Shown: piece after piece, positions 10,233-20,629 of the stretch
Numbering within the stretch: the stretch's first letter is position 1
Layout of the letters: each line of letters begins with the position of its first letter
NCBI RefSeq assembly: GCF_028368995.1
Contig: NZ_JAQNDL010000003.1
Span: 1,824,001 to 1,888,000 of the forward strand
From: Nannocystis bainbridge
Lineage (GTDB): Bacteria; Myxococcota_A; Polyangia; Nannocystales; Nannocystaceae
Direction: 5' to 3'
DNA length: 64,000 bases
Position numbers and translations under genes: made by a program
Notes under the pieces: generated by a model
What the model was told of the DNA's origin: nothing
The model's database searches: none
The model's input: the letters and a program-made list of their open reading frames with translations, nothing else

Positions 10233-10583
10233 GACTCACAGCAGTCCGGCACCGAGGCCCTCGCCGCCGCGCCCTCGCCCCTGCCTGCGAGCGACGCACA
10301 CGACCTCCAGCTCTCGCCACCGAGCGCGAACATGCCGTCAATGTATCGCGGCCCGCCGCGGCGAGGAAACCGGCCGCGCGGTCGCCGTGACGAGGCGCGC
10401 GCCGTTTCGCCAGGCTCGCCCACGCGCGGCCCGGCGAGCTCCTGCGAGCGAATCTGGGCCGCGCCTCCACGGTCGAGGCGATGGTCACCGTCGCGCGGAA
10501 CTTGAGCGCCTTCACCAGCGCTCCAAGACAGGGGTGAGCCCGCGCGTCCGGAGGAGATCATGCATCACGGTGCACGCATCTGA

Positions 10584-10830
10584 CAGTGATACTCGGTGGA
10601 AGTGACCGGATGCTATGCGAGCGGCTCGACTTCAAGATCCTGTTCCGCGGGCCCCTCGAAGCGGCATCCATGATGAACGAGCGCACCGATCCAACGCGAA
10701 GCCGACACCGTCGCCGCCGACATGGATTACGACACGCACACCCTCGTCGAGGGCTGTCGCAAGGTCGGCCTGGCGCCGCATCTCTCCTTGAATCCGGGCC
10801 GAAGTGCGGCCACCGACAGCCGCTTCCAGA
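10584..10830 (+). pseudogene. IS5-family transposase remnant (internally deleted, frameshifted)
   Basis: SDRMLCERLDFKILFR resembles IS5 SERQLMEQLDYNLLFRW; in another frame TVAADMDYDTHTLVEGCRKVGLAPH resembles TLGADKGYD...LR...TPH. Confidence 0.7.
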
Positions 10831-10980
10831 TCGAGGCTCCGAGGACCTCGATAACAATCAGGGCACTAAACATTGTTATGGGCCGCAGATGGCGAGCATC
10901 CCGAGAGATGGAACGAACGCCGCCCGGATGGTTGCGCCCACAAACCCCCTCGGGTGATACTGCGCGAGGATGACCCGCGC

Positions 10981-12432
10981 ATGTCACAACCTTTGAGCGT
11001 CGTCGAGCTCGAGAACCTCCTCGGCCCGCACCTGCACATGGCCCAAGCGGGCCTCGCTCCGCCGCTGCTGCTCACTGATCGGTACGAGGTCCAGAAGATC
11101 GTGGGCAAGGGCGCGCGCGGCCTCGTCTGCAAAGGCCGCGACGTCCGGCTCGACCGCGACGTCGCCGTCAAGCTGTACCCTGCCGACCCGGCTCTCATCC
11201 GCGAAGTCGAGGCCGAAGCCAAGGCGCTGGCTCGCCTGCGCCACCCCAACATCATCGGCGTGTACGACGCCGGTCAGGCCGAGTTCCTGCTCGGAGAGCA
11301 CTCCGTGTCCTGCCTGCTGCTCGCCATGGAGTTCGTCGAGGGCGCCAACGCACGCGTGTGGCTGCAGCGTGCGGAGCGGCGCCCGCGAGAGATTGTCGCC
11401 CTGTTCCTCGCCGCCGGTGACGGCCTCGCCGCCGCCCATGCGGCCGCCACCGTGCACCGCGACATCAAGCCCGAGAACATCATGGTCGACGCCCACGGTG
11501 TCCCGCGCGTCGTCGATTTCGGCCTCGCCCGGGCAGCATCCGCCAGCCCTAGCGCGCCTGCCGGCCCCGGCCATACCCAATTCGGAACGATTACGGGCAC
11601 CCTCGAGTACATGGCTCCCGAGGCCCGTAGCGGCCTCGCCGACGAGAATAGCGATCAGTTCTCGTTCGCCGTCGCTCTGTGGGAGGCCCTGACCGGTCGC
11701 CTCCCCTACGATCCCCACCGCGGCGAATGGCGCCTCGCCGACAGCCCCGACTTCCACGGCGCCGAGCTGCTGCCCCGCCGGCTGGCGGCCCCGTTGCGCC
11801 GCGCCCTCAGCCACAGCGCCGGCAAGCGGCACCGCGACCTCGCCGCTCTGCTCGACGCCCTCCGACGGGCCCAGGCCCGCCGCATCACCTGGCTGGTGTG
11901 GAGCGCCGCCGCGACGGTCGCCGTGCTCGTAGTGATCTGGCAGGCGAGCCCCGCGAGCGCCGACCCCGAGCCCGCACGTCCGCCCACCACCACCGTTGCC
12001 AGCATCGACCCGCCCGCTCCTGTCCCCACCTCCGCCCCGGTCCCCGCCGTCGCGCGCGAGGCCTTCCTCGCCTACCTCGCCACCATCCGCGCCTATAACC
12101 GCCACGACGCGGACGCCTACTTCTCCGGTTTCCTCTCGCCGATGGACTGCTTCTACAGCGTCGCCGGAGCCTACGTCCGCGCTCGTCGTAAGAAGCTCGC
12201 CGGCTACATCGAGGTCAGCGAGTCCGACCTCGAGCTCATCTCGACCGACGGCGCCGGCACCGTGACCTTCTGCGAGCGCGGCCAGTTCGACTACGAGAGC
12301 GGCCGCGGCCGGGTCCGCCACGGCAAGGCGATCGTGATGCGCAAGGTCGACGGTGCCTGGAAGATCGCGGTCGAAACCACCCGCAAGCACACCGAGTGCT
12401 TCGTGTCCCCGTGCGCTCCGCGCGACGGCTGA
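10981..12432 (+). CDS. Membrane Ser/Thr protein kinase with C-terminal NTF2/SnoaL-like domain
   Basis: GKGARGLV, VAVK, HRDIKPEN, DFG, GTLEYMAPE; TM ITWLVWSAAATVAVLVVIW; C-terminal AYNRHDADAY...MRKVDGAWKI. Confidence 0.88.
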   Translation: MSQPLSVVELENLLGPHLHMAQAGLAPPLLLTDRYEVQKIVGKGARGLVCKGRDVRLDRDVAVKLYPADPALIREVEAEAKALARLRHPNIIGVYDAGQAEFLLGEHSVSCLLLAMEFVEGANARVWLQRAERRPREIVALFLAAGDGLAAAHAAATVHRDIKPENIMVDAHGVPRVVDFGLARAASASPSAPAGPGHTQFGTITGTLEYMAPEARSGLADENSDQFSFAVALWEALTGRLPYDPHRGEWRLADSPDFHGAELLPRRLAAPLRRALSHSAGKRHRDLAALLDALRRAQARRITWLVWSAAATVAVLVVIWQASPASADPEPARPPTTTVASIDPPAPVPTSAPVPAVAREAFLAYLATIRAYNRHDADAYFSGFLSPMDCFYSVAGAYVRARRKKLAGYIEVSESDLELISTDGAGTVTFCERGQFDYESGRGRVRHGKAIVMRKVDGAWKIAVETTRKHTECFVSPCAPRDG

Positions 12433-12530
12433 AACCCTCGCGGACAGCGTTCATTCGGCTTTTTTTGCGATCCGTGAGCCGTTCGCCGCCGGTTTTCCCA
12501 CTATGGCGGACAGGAAGGCAAGCGAAGCCG

Positions 12531-13070
12531 ATGACCACCACCTCGACCATGACTCTGCACGCCCGCGTCGCCCGCGACCATTGGGCCCGGCTCAAGAGCT
12601 ACTTCCGTAGCAAGGTCCCCGAGCCCGACTGCTACGACCTCGTCCAGCAGACCCTCGCCGAGCTCGTGAATTGCGACCTCGCGGCCGTCCGGAACATGAA
12701 AGCGTACGTCATGCGCGTGGCCCACAACGTGCTCATCGCTTACATCAACGAGCACAAGGCCAAGATGGTCGCTTTCGACAGCGATGTGCACAGCGTGATG
12801 AGCCCGCAGACCTCATTCAGCGCCCGCCTCGACAAGCGCAACCGCATCCTCAACGCCCTGCGCTCGCTCCCCCTCGCCCAGCAGGAGGCCGTCGAGCTGC
12901 GCCTGTGCGTGGGCCTCGAGCTGACCGAGATCGCCGAGGTGATGGAGCGCGGCCTCGCCACCGTCAAGCGCTACATCGAGGCTGGCACCGAGGAGCTGCG
13001 CACGTCGCTGCGTGGCATCGTGCCCGGTGACCCCGCCGACGCCGTCGCTGACGCCTACCGCGCCAGCTAG
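12531..13070 (+). CDS. ECF-type RNA polymerase sigma factor
   Basis: Region 2 (YDLVQQT...AYVMRVAHN) and region 4 (LRSLPLAQQEAVELR...LTEIAEVMERGLATVK). Confidence 0.85.
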   Translation: MTTTSTMTLHARVARDHWARLKSYFRSKVPEPDCYDLVQQTLAELVNCDLAAVRNMKAYVMRVAHNVLIAYINEHKAKMVAFDSDVHSVMSPQTSFSARLDKRNRILNALRSLPLAQQEAVELRLCVGLELTEIAEVMERGLATVKRYIEAGTEELRTSLRGIVPGDPADAVADAYRAS

Positions 13071-13188
13071 TCAGCCTGGGCCGCACGTGCGCGGCCCCCC
13101 TCCATAGCAACAACCACCATCACATCGCTCCGTCCGACGCTCCTGTCGGACGAGCGCTGGCACAGCCATGAAAAGGAGCCGCCCCGCC

Positions 13189-14022
13189 ATGCCCATCGAG
13201 GGACCGATCAGCGTCAACTATCACCTGTACAAACCATGCAACTACCACTGTCAGTTCTGCTTCGCGACTTTCACCGACATCGAGGGCTCTCTGGATATCG
13301 CGGCGCAGCACCGTCTGCTGCGTCGTCTGCGTGAAGCCGGGTGCGAGAAGATCAACTTCGCCGGCGGCGAGCCGACCCTCTACCGCGGCCTCGGCGAGCT
13401 CCTGCACGCCGCCCGCGACCTCGGCTTCGTCACCGCCATCATCACAAATGGCGCCCGCCTCGCCGCATTATTGGACTCTCACAGCGACGACATCGACTGG
13501 GTCGGCCTCTCGATCGACTCCGCCGTCGAGGGGGTCCAGGCCAGCCTCGGCCGCGGCCGCGGCGACCACGTGGCCACCAGCCGCCGGCTCGCCCTCGCCG
13601 TCCACGACGCCGGCATCAAGCTCAAGCTCAACACCGTCGTCACCGCGCGCACCTGGCAGGAGGATATGCGCCCGCTGATCCGCGACCTCCGGCCGCATCG
13701 CTGGAAGGTGTTCCAGGTCCTGCCCGTCGGCGGCCAGAACGACAACAAGGTCGATTCTCTTCTGATCTCTCCCGCCCAGTTCGCCAGCTTCGTCGCGCGC
13801 CATACCGACCTGCCCGCGCGGCTCGCTCCCGTCGTCGAGGACAACGCGGCCATGACCGGCAGCTACGCGATGATCGACCCGCTCGGCCGCTTCTTCAGCA
13901 ACGTCGCCGGCCACCACACCTACAGCCGCCCAATCCTCGACGTCGGCGTAGCGACCGCCCTCCAGGAGTCACGTTTCATGCCACATCGCCTCATCCGTCG
14001 CGGGGGGGTATACTCATGGTAA
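13189..14022 (+). CDS. pVip: Prokaryotic viperin (antiviral radical SAM protein)
   Basis: SVNYHLYKPCNYHCQFCF (CxxxCxxC), KINFAGGEP, IITNG, GLSIDS, KLNTVV, RWKVFQVL, SYAMIDPLGRF match viperin/RSAD2 motifs; AAGGAG RBS 10 nt upstream. Confidence 0.93.
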   Translation: MPIEGPISVNYHLYKPCNYHCQFCFATFTDIEGSLDIAAQHRLLRRLREAGCEKINFAGGEPTLYRGLGELLHAARDLGFVTAIITNGARLAALLDSHSDDIDWVGLSIDSAVEGVQASLGRGRGDHVATSRRLALAVHDAGIKLKLNTVVTARTWQEDMRPLIRDLRPHRWKVFQVLPVGGQNDNKVDSLLISPAQFASFVARHTDLPARLAPVVEDNAAMTGSYAMIDPLGRFFSNVAGHHTYSRPILDVGVATALQESRFMPHRLIRRGGVYSW

Positions 14023-14588
14023 GCGCGACCCGAAACCCGCTCTACCTGTGCCTTTGCGGCCTGTCCGGTGCCGGCAAGGATACCGTCGGCGACCACCTCG
14101 AGCGCGCCCACGGCTTTCACCGCGTCGCCATCGCCGATCCGCTCAAGCGCCACGTCCAACAGCTGTTCGACCTCAGCGAGGATCAGTTGTGGGGCGAGCA
14201 GCGCAACACCCCGCACGCCCGCCTCGGCCGGACCCCGCGTGAGCTCTACCAGCTGTTCGGCGACATGTGCCGCGGCCTCGACCCCGAGATCTGGATCCGG
14301 CTGTGGTGCGACGCCGTGCGCACCGCCCTCGCCGGCGGTCACAGCGTCATCTGTACCGACCTGCGCACGCTGCCCGAGCTGCAGGCCGCGCGGGCCCGGG
14401 GCGCCCGCGTCTGGCGGGTCCTCCGGCCCGGCGCCGGCGCACCCGGCCGCGCCGGCGAGCACCCCACCGAACGCGCCCTCGCCGAGCTCGCCGACGACCA
14501 GTTCGACCGCTGCATCCGCAACGACGGCGACCTCGGTCACCTCCACCGTACCATCGCGTCGGCCCTCGCCGCCGAGGAGCTCACGTGA
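14016..14588 (+). CDS. (Deoxy)nucleoside monophosphate kinase, phage dNMP-kinase-like
   Basis: GLSGAGKDT P-loop, ADPLK, PRELYQLFG, TDLR, HPTE, IRNDG; overlaps viperin stop. Confidence 0.85.
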   Translation: MVSATRNPLYLCLCGLSGAGKDTVGDHLERAHGFHRVAIADPLKRHVQQLFDLSEDQLWGEQRNTPHARLGRTPRELYQLFGDMCRGLDPEIWIRLWCDAVRTALAGGHSVICTDLRTLPELQAARARGARVWRVLRPGAGAPGRAGEHPTERALAELADDQFDRCIRNDGDLGHLHRTIASALAAEELT

Positions 14589-14866
14589 CCCGCCTTGCCG
14601 ACACGGACCCCATCTCGCTCGCCAGCCTACCGCACCGCGGCATGGTGCAGCGAGCCCGCGATATCCTGCACCGAATCGCAGCGGGCGAGCCCTACGTCCG
14701 CTTCCATGGCAAGCGCCTACGCCACGACCGGACCCGCATCAGCGTCCCGCTCGGCCGGCACTACCGGCTTATCTTCCTCGACGACGGCGCCCGCCTGCGT
14801 CCGATCGCCTGCATGTCTCACTCCGCCTACAACGGCACGAAACCCGGCGCCCGCCGCCACTCCTGA
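14585..14866 (+). CDS. Small basic RelE/ParE-like protein, 93 aa
   Basis: GTGA overlap with kinase stop; GKRL...ISVPLGRHYRLIF...MSHSAYN resembles RelE/ParE-fold toxins. Confidence 0.65.
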   Translation: MTRLADTDPISLASLPHRGMVQRARDILHRIAAGEPYVRFHGKRLRHDRTRISVPLGRHYRLIFLDDGARLRPIACMSHSAYNGTKPGARRHS

Positions 14867-14880
14867 TCGCTAGCGACTCG

Positions 14881-14965
14881 ATGCCGGACCGCCTGCTCCT
14901 CGTCAAGCAAGGATATCCCGGCGGGCCGCCGACATCGATCCCGCACGAGCTGAAATGGGCATACT
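14881..14965 (+). pseudogene. Fragment paralogous to the C-terminus of CDS 6362..6949
   Basis: MPDRLLLVKQGYPGGPPTSI vs MSDRLLLVKQGPPGGPATAI at 6782, also similar at DNA level. Confidence 0.7.
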
Positions 14966-15463
14966 GGTGCACCGCGTCCTCAGGCGCCAGGTTGATCGGC
15001 CGCTTGTTGAGCACGCAGCCGTCGTTCGTCGAGGCCATGCCTGCTTTCATCCCTGGATCGGCACATTCAATATAGCGTTTGATGGACCTTCCCGATTCGC
15101 AGGGACGGCCCGTGGAATAATGTGCCAGCTCAATCGCCGAGTGCGCCCAGCGAACACCGGCGCACTCATCGTCCGCGCTCGGGAGCGTACCCGCTCGTGT
15201 CATCGCAGGGCCGACGGGGGTTCCGATCGGCGGCGAACACATACATGGCACGACGGCAGAGCCGCGTCGGGTTCTCTTGACATACAGTCGCGTCTGGTGG
15301 ACAAGTGACTCCGATGATCGGAGGGCCGACGTTGCTATGATGCGGGCGCTGGACGCACCTGCCTCATGGCGTGGGAGGCTCTGCCGAATATGAGTTCGGG
15401 GATTCGTCGCCAGGCGCCCCCGCAGCGAGAGCTCGCAGTCACGCCCGCGCAAGGGAGGACCAG

Positions 15464-16639
15464 GTGCTGAGTCACGAGAAGATGTTCCAGGCCTCCGCGG
15501 GGCTTCTGGCCGCCGTGGACACGAACGGCCACTTCCGCGCCCTGAACCCGACATGGGAGCGGATCCTCGGCTGGTCCCTCGACGAGCTGAAGAGCAGGCC
15601 GTTCATCGAGTTCGTCCATCCGAGCGACCGCGAGATCACCCTCGCCGAGGTGGCCCGCCTCCTCCAGGGCGACACGGTCGAGCGGTTCGACAACCGCTAC
15701 CTGTGCAAGGACGGCTCGTACAGGTGGCTCGCCTGGACCGCGCGGGTGGACACCGGCGACGAGCCGTCGGAGCAGCTCATTTATGCGTCGGCGATCGACG
15801 TGACGAGCGACCGCGAGCGGCCGTCGCAGCTCGATCCCACGCTGCAGGACGCCAAGGTCTACGAGAAGCTGTTCCGGGTCTCGGTGGGCCTCCTCGTCAC
15901 CCTGAACTCGAACGGGTACTTCCTCCACGCCAACCCGGCGTGGGGCCGGCTCCTCGGCTGGAGCCCCGACGAGATGACCGCCAAGCCGTTCATCGAGTTC
16001 GTCCACCCCGACGACCGCGAGGCGACCGCCGCCGAGGCCGCAGCCCTGTTCGAGGGCAAGATGACGATTCGCTTCGACAACCGCTATCAGTGCAAGGACG
16101 GCACATACAAGTGGCTCGCCTGGACCGCCTACCTGGATCCGAACGAGGACGAAGCGACCCGGCTCGTCTACGGCACGGCCCATGACGTCACCCCGTACAA
16201 GGAGCTGCTCGGCGAGTTCGAGCGCACGCTCGCACGGCTCCGCGACACGATGGAGGCGATGTCGACGCCGTTCATCCCGATCACCGAGCGGATCGTGGTC
16301 ATGCCGCTCGTGGGCCAGATGGACACCGACCGAATCCACCAGGTGATGACCGTCGCGCTCGAAGGCGTCCAGTCGACCCACGCTCAGGTGGTCATCCTCG
16401 ATGTGACGGGCCTGCGCGACCTCGACACCCTCGTCGCGCGCGCGCTGCTCGACACCGCCAAGGCGCTGCAACTGCTCGGTACAAAGACGATCCTTACCGG
16501 AATCCGACCCTCCCTGGCGCAGACGCTCGTCGGTCTCGGGCTCGACCTGGGTAGCATCATTACCAAGGGGACCCTCCAGAGCGCGATCGCGTCGGCGCTG
16601 AAGAATGAAGTGAGCTCGGGCAAGCCCAAGCCCTTCTGA
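15464..16639 (+). CDS. PAS-PAS-STAS protein (RsbR-like)
   Basis: Two near-identical PAS repeats (offset 387 nt; PFIEFVHP.DRE..., RFDNRY.CKDG.Y.WLAW) plus STAS (MSTPFIPI...ILDVTG...TGIRP); GGAGG RBS before GTG 15464. Confidence 0.9.
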   Translation: MLSHEKMFQASAGLLAAVDTNGHFRALNPTWERILGWSLDELKSRPFIEFVHPSDREITLAEVARLLQGDTVERFDNRYLCKDGSYRWLAWTARVDTGDEPSEQLIYASAIDVTSDRERPSQLDPTLQDAKVYEKLFRVSVGLLVTLNSNGYFLHANPAWGRLLGWSPDEMTAKPFIEFVHPDDREATAAEAAALFEGKMTIRFDNRYQCKDGTYKWLAWTAYLDPNEDEATRLVYGTAHDVTPYKELLGEFERTLARLRDTMEAMSTPFIPITERIVVMPLVGQMDTDRIHQVMTVALEGVQSTHAQVVILDVTGLRDLDTLVARALLDTAKALQLLGTKTILTGIRPSLAQTLVGLGLDLGSIITKGTLQSAIASALKNEVSSGKPKPF

Positions 16640-16901
16640 TCGCGTCGTTCGTGCGCGACAAGCACAGAAGTCACCTCAGGAGCACCTCATCAATTCCTGG
16701 ATACGGGTGCTCGTGAAACACGCACCGCTTGCCCCGATCGTCGAGGGTGGTGACGCCAGCCACCTCGCCACGAGAATCATCAGACCACGAGCACGAGGTC
16801 GATCGTCGCCCCGGCAGCTCCATTGCGATCCACGCTTTGGAGCCGCCGGGGAGACGCGCTCCCGAGCACTCGTGCGTGCCCGGAAGCGCCGATCTAACTG
16901 C

Positions 16902-16918
16902 TCCTACTGCTCGAAGCA
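16902..16918. repeat. 17-bp core TCCTACTGCTCGAAGCA, putative att core, left copy
   Basis: Identical to 23312..23328; lies 65 nt beyond the 3' end of the integrase remnant. Confidence 0.75.
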
Positions 16919-16983
16919 GTGAAGTTTATCTAGAATTATTAGTTCATTTCAACGATTTAGCGGAGAGCGATATTGCGCCTCCA

Positions 16984-17364
16984 CTAGCTCTCAAGCGCCT
17001 TAAGCGCACGCGAGGTAGCGCCGCGGCGGTCGATGTACCGGCTCGCGGTCCCGAGGTCCTTGTGCCGGAGGTGGGTGGCGACGGCCGCTACGCCGCCACC
17101 ACCATCGGCGATCCGGGTGCCGCAGGTCTTGCGGAGGACACGGGTGCCGCGCCAGGGCAGACCGGCCAGCTTCACCAGGGCCATCATCCACGCATTCATG
17201 TTGTGCTCCTTGAAATGACTCCCCTTGTTGTCGAAGACGAAGGGGCCCGTCCGCGGGTGCGTCTCGAGAGCTTGGGCCAGGCGCTTCGTGATGCCGATGT
17301 TGTCCTCAGTCCTGCCCTTCGGGGCATCGAGCTTGCCCCGGACGACATTGTGGCGGATGACCAT
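16984..17364 (-). pseudogene. Tyrosine recombinase/integrase, C-terminal fragment only
   Basis: DAPKG (catalytic K), TRVLRKT (HxLR box), HLRH, TASRY (catalytic Y); in-frame stop ~50 nt upstream, so no N-terminal half. Confidence 0.8.
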
Positions 17365-17846
17365 CTCAGCGCGCCATTCGGGAATGGCGAAAGCTCGGAT
17401 TATTCGTCGGGATCAAGACGACGAAGAAGGGCGGAAGCGGCGGGGTTCGAATCTTGTGGGCGGCCTCGGCAGCGGACAGGGTGGCTGAGATCGTGAAACT
17501 CAAGGGCGAGGGCTGGGGTAACGATGCGCTGCGCGAGAAATTCGAGGTAGAGGCGCAGGCATAGCAGAACCGCTAACCGCCATCGGGGCTGGAACGTGGC
17601 GGATGGAAGATAGAAGAGAGCAGGGCAAGTGTGATCGCTATCCACCGACAAACTCAAGCAGGGCTTGGCCAGCATCGAGGCCGACGGTGATCGCGAGCGC
17701 AAGGCCCTCTTGCAGCGGACGGGTCATGCCTCCCTTTTCGCCCGTCGGGGAGCCTCTTCGGATCGTCCGGCCGAATTCACCAGCAGCCGCGACTTCGGAA
17801 GGCACTCATCGAGAGCGCCCAGCTTGTGGATACGCCGGCAGGACCG

Positions 17847-18206
17847 ATGGTGACGATAAAACCAGAGGCGGACACGATCCGGCGTGTTGTGGAGTTTACT
17901 GCCCGTGCGATCTACTTCCACGAGCAGGCACGCAAGAAGCGCTGGCCTGGTAGATGCGTGGTCTCCTGCCCTCGTTTCATACTCGACGATCTTTCACCCG
18001 CGCCAGAAGCGGAGTACACCGCGAGAATCATGGGCGCTCTCAGTGAGCTCCAGCGGAGAAATCATCCAGGCTACGAATGGCGTGGCCCGCATCTGGAGAT
18101 CTTCGCCTATCAACTGCACGACATCGACGAGCACGTAGCGATGAGAATGATCTTCTATGGTGCGTTCGAGTTCTTAGCCGTGTCCAAGCCAGAGGGAAGA
18201 GGTTGA
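17847..18206 (+). CDS. Hypothetical protein, probably 5'-truncated
   Basis: Lower-GC ORF with protein-like composition (TIRRVVEFTARAIYFHE...RMIFYGAFEFLA). Confidence 0.4.
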   Translation: MVTIKPEADTIRRVVEFTARAIYFHEQARKKRWPGRCVVSCPRFILDDLSPAPEAEYTARIMGALSELQRRNHPGYEWRGPHLEIFAYQLHDIDEHVAMRMIFYGAFEFLAVSKPEGRG

Positions 18207-18635
18207 GAAATCCGCCGCGGCGAGACGGCACCGTGGGGAAGTGGAGGTGAAGCGTATGGTTAGGGGAAGGTGGACGGGACATGCCCCCTTACACTCCTGC
18301 GCCGACTCGGACCCGGCTCGTCAGGGTCATGTGGAACTTCTCGGCGAGCGCCGTGATCGGTCCCCGGACTGACCGTTTTGGAGACGGCTCGGAAGCGACC
18401 CAAGCACCCCGTGAAGAAGGCCGCGTAGCAGTACCTATGCGAGCTTTGGGGACTCCCGTAGCGAGTGGCGTGGTCGCCATCGTGGCGACCACGCACGGCG
18501 CGCTCGGGGCGGGGCGATCACGCATTTCGCCGGCTCGTTCGCCAAGAACCCCGGTCCGTCTGACAGAAAGCCCGGCTCGTCGGTTCGTGCTCACGCGCGA
18601 GTTGCCAGGCACCAGATTTGGCAACGGAGATCCCG

Positions 18636-19115
18636 ATGAGCACCGAGAACAGCGAACAAGTCCTGGACTATCCCCTTCGCGCCCATGGCCCGCTGGAGCC
18701 GCCCGAGGAGTGGGCCAAGCTGCGCCAGAGTTGCCCCATCGCGCACGTGCGCCTGCCCAGCGGGGACAGCGCGGTGCTGCTCACCCGCTACGGCGACGTG
18801 CGGCAGATGATGTCCGACCCGCGCTTCACGCGGCAGCTCGGCGGCAAGGAGGGCGCGGCCCGGATCACCGAGGAGGGGGGCGGCGTGTTCGACAGCGAGT
18901 TCGAGGGCGGGGAGCCCACGTCGCTGTCCGACCTGCTGGCCGCGCTCGGCTTCCCCTTGCCGGTGTGGGTGATCTGCGAGCTGCTCGCAGGGCGGGCCCT
19001 GCCGCACCATGTCGTCGACGAGCTGCTCGGCCATCGCCTCGATTTGCGGCTGCATCGCGGAGACCCGCCGGGCCGTGAACGACTTGGCGAGCAGCCGGCG
19101 GCACCGCTCATGCCC
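18636..19115 (+). pseudogene. Cytochrome P450 N-terminal remnant with an internally inverted segment
   Basis: Forward: LRQSCPIAHVRLPSG...LLTRYGDVR...DPRF...FPLPVWVICELL; minus strand 18990..19115: HERCRRLLAKSFTARRVSAMQPQIEAMAEQLVDDM. Confidence 0.8.
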
Positions 19116-19141
19116 CTCTCAGCGCGCTCAGCGACCTGTCG

Positions 19142-20245
19142 GTGGAGCCGCTGGGGCTGGCGCTCGACGGACAGATCTCCGAGTTCGGGCCCGCGAACTT
19201 CGACGTCACCGCGCCGCTGGTGCTCTGCGACGACGGCGCCGGCCCGCTCCCCAACGACTGCTGCGAGGCGCCGATCGACGACCTGGAGGGCAAGATCATC
19301 CTCGTCGACCGGGGCGCGTGCGTCTTCGAGATTCAGGCCAATCGCCCCTTCGGCAAGGGCGCGGTCGGGGTGCTGATCGCCGACGTCGTCGCGGCCGACG
19401 AGCCGATCGTGCCGCTCGACGACCTCACGGCCCTGAACCCGAACATCCCGAATCTCGGCCTCACCCTCGCCGACGGCGACGCGCTCAAGGCCGCCCTCGC
19501 GGGTCCCGAGCTCACCGTGCACATGGCGGCGAAGGCGGGCCCAACCCGTGACGCGGCCTTCGATTCCCAGATGATCGCGCACGAGTTCAGTCACTATATT
19601 AACAACCGCCTCGGCGACGCGGGCGGTCCGAGCTACCTCGTGATGGGCGAGGGGTGGGGCGACTTCAACGCCATGCTGATGAGCATCCGCGAGGGCGACG
19701 ACCTCCACGGCACCCTCAACTACGCGGCGTGGGGCTCGATCGACCCGGTCCAGTTCTGGAACGGGCGCCAGTACGTCTATTCGACCGACTTCGCCGTCAA
19801 CCCGCTGACGTTCCGCCACATCGGCGACGACGTGCAGCTGCCCGCGGGCCCGCTGTTCAGCCCGAACGGCCTGGCCAACAGCCAGCAGCACAACGCGGGC
19901 CAGGTGGGGGGGGAGATGCTATGGGACAGCTATGTCGCGCTGCAGGAGCTCCACACCGACGACCTCGGGTTCGAGGCCGTGCGGTGCGACGAGGACGGCA
20001 TCCTCGACGACGAGGAGACCGGTCGCGTCGCGTTCGAGGTCTACAACAGCGGCGCCGTGAAGATCGCCGCCGGAGCGACGGTCGAGATCGTCGATCCGCC
20101 GCCGGGCCTGGTGTTCCCCGACGGCCCCGTCGTCACCCTGCCCGAGCTCGCGCCGCAGCAGACGAGCGCGCATACGATCACCGTCACGCTGGACCCCAGC
20201 ATCACCGAGCCGACGCGGGCGGCGCTGCGCGTGCGACTGACCACC
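19142..20245 (+). pseudogene. M36 (fungalysin-like) metallopeptidase with PA domain, truncated and deleted
   Basis: PA domain GKIILVDRGACVF; IAHEFSHY and MGEGWGDF; no signal or propeptide, abrupt junctions. Confidence 0.75.
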
Positions 20246-20288
20246 CGGCGGGTGCGAGGGGCCGAGCCGGCGGTGTGGGCGCGCGAGC

Positions 20289-20591
20289 CCGCTCTATCCC
20301 GACGGGGACCCGCGCGCCGCCGCCCTGCTGGCCGCGGCCGCCGAACACGCGCCGCGCAGCCCGCGGGTCCGCGCGATCCAGGCGATCGTCGACGCCATGC
20401 GCGACGCCGGCCGCGAGCACCCGAACTTCGACGTCGGCCTGGTCGCCCTCGGCGCCGCGCTCGGCCTGCCCCCGCGCACCACCGTCGCCATCTTCGCCGT
20501 CGGCCGCGCCGCCGGCTGGCTGGCCCACGCCTTCGAGCAACGCGCCGCCGGCTTCCTCCTGCGCCCGCGCGCCCGCTACGTCGGGCCCTGA
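20289..20591 (+). pseudogene. Citrate synthase-like protein, C-terminal fragment
   Basis: PLYPDGDPRA...PNFDVGLVAL...FAVGRAAGWLAHAFEQ...LLRPRARYVG. Confidence 0.8.
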
Positions 20592-20613
20592 TTTACAACA
20601 TGCCCAAAAGGTA

Positions 20614-20629
20614 ATGTTTATATAAACAT
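20614..20629. promoter_or_regulatory. Perfect 16-bp AT-rich palindrome ATGTTTATATAAACAT
   Basis: Directly visible; function unknown. Confidence 0.4.
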
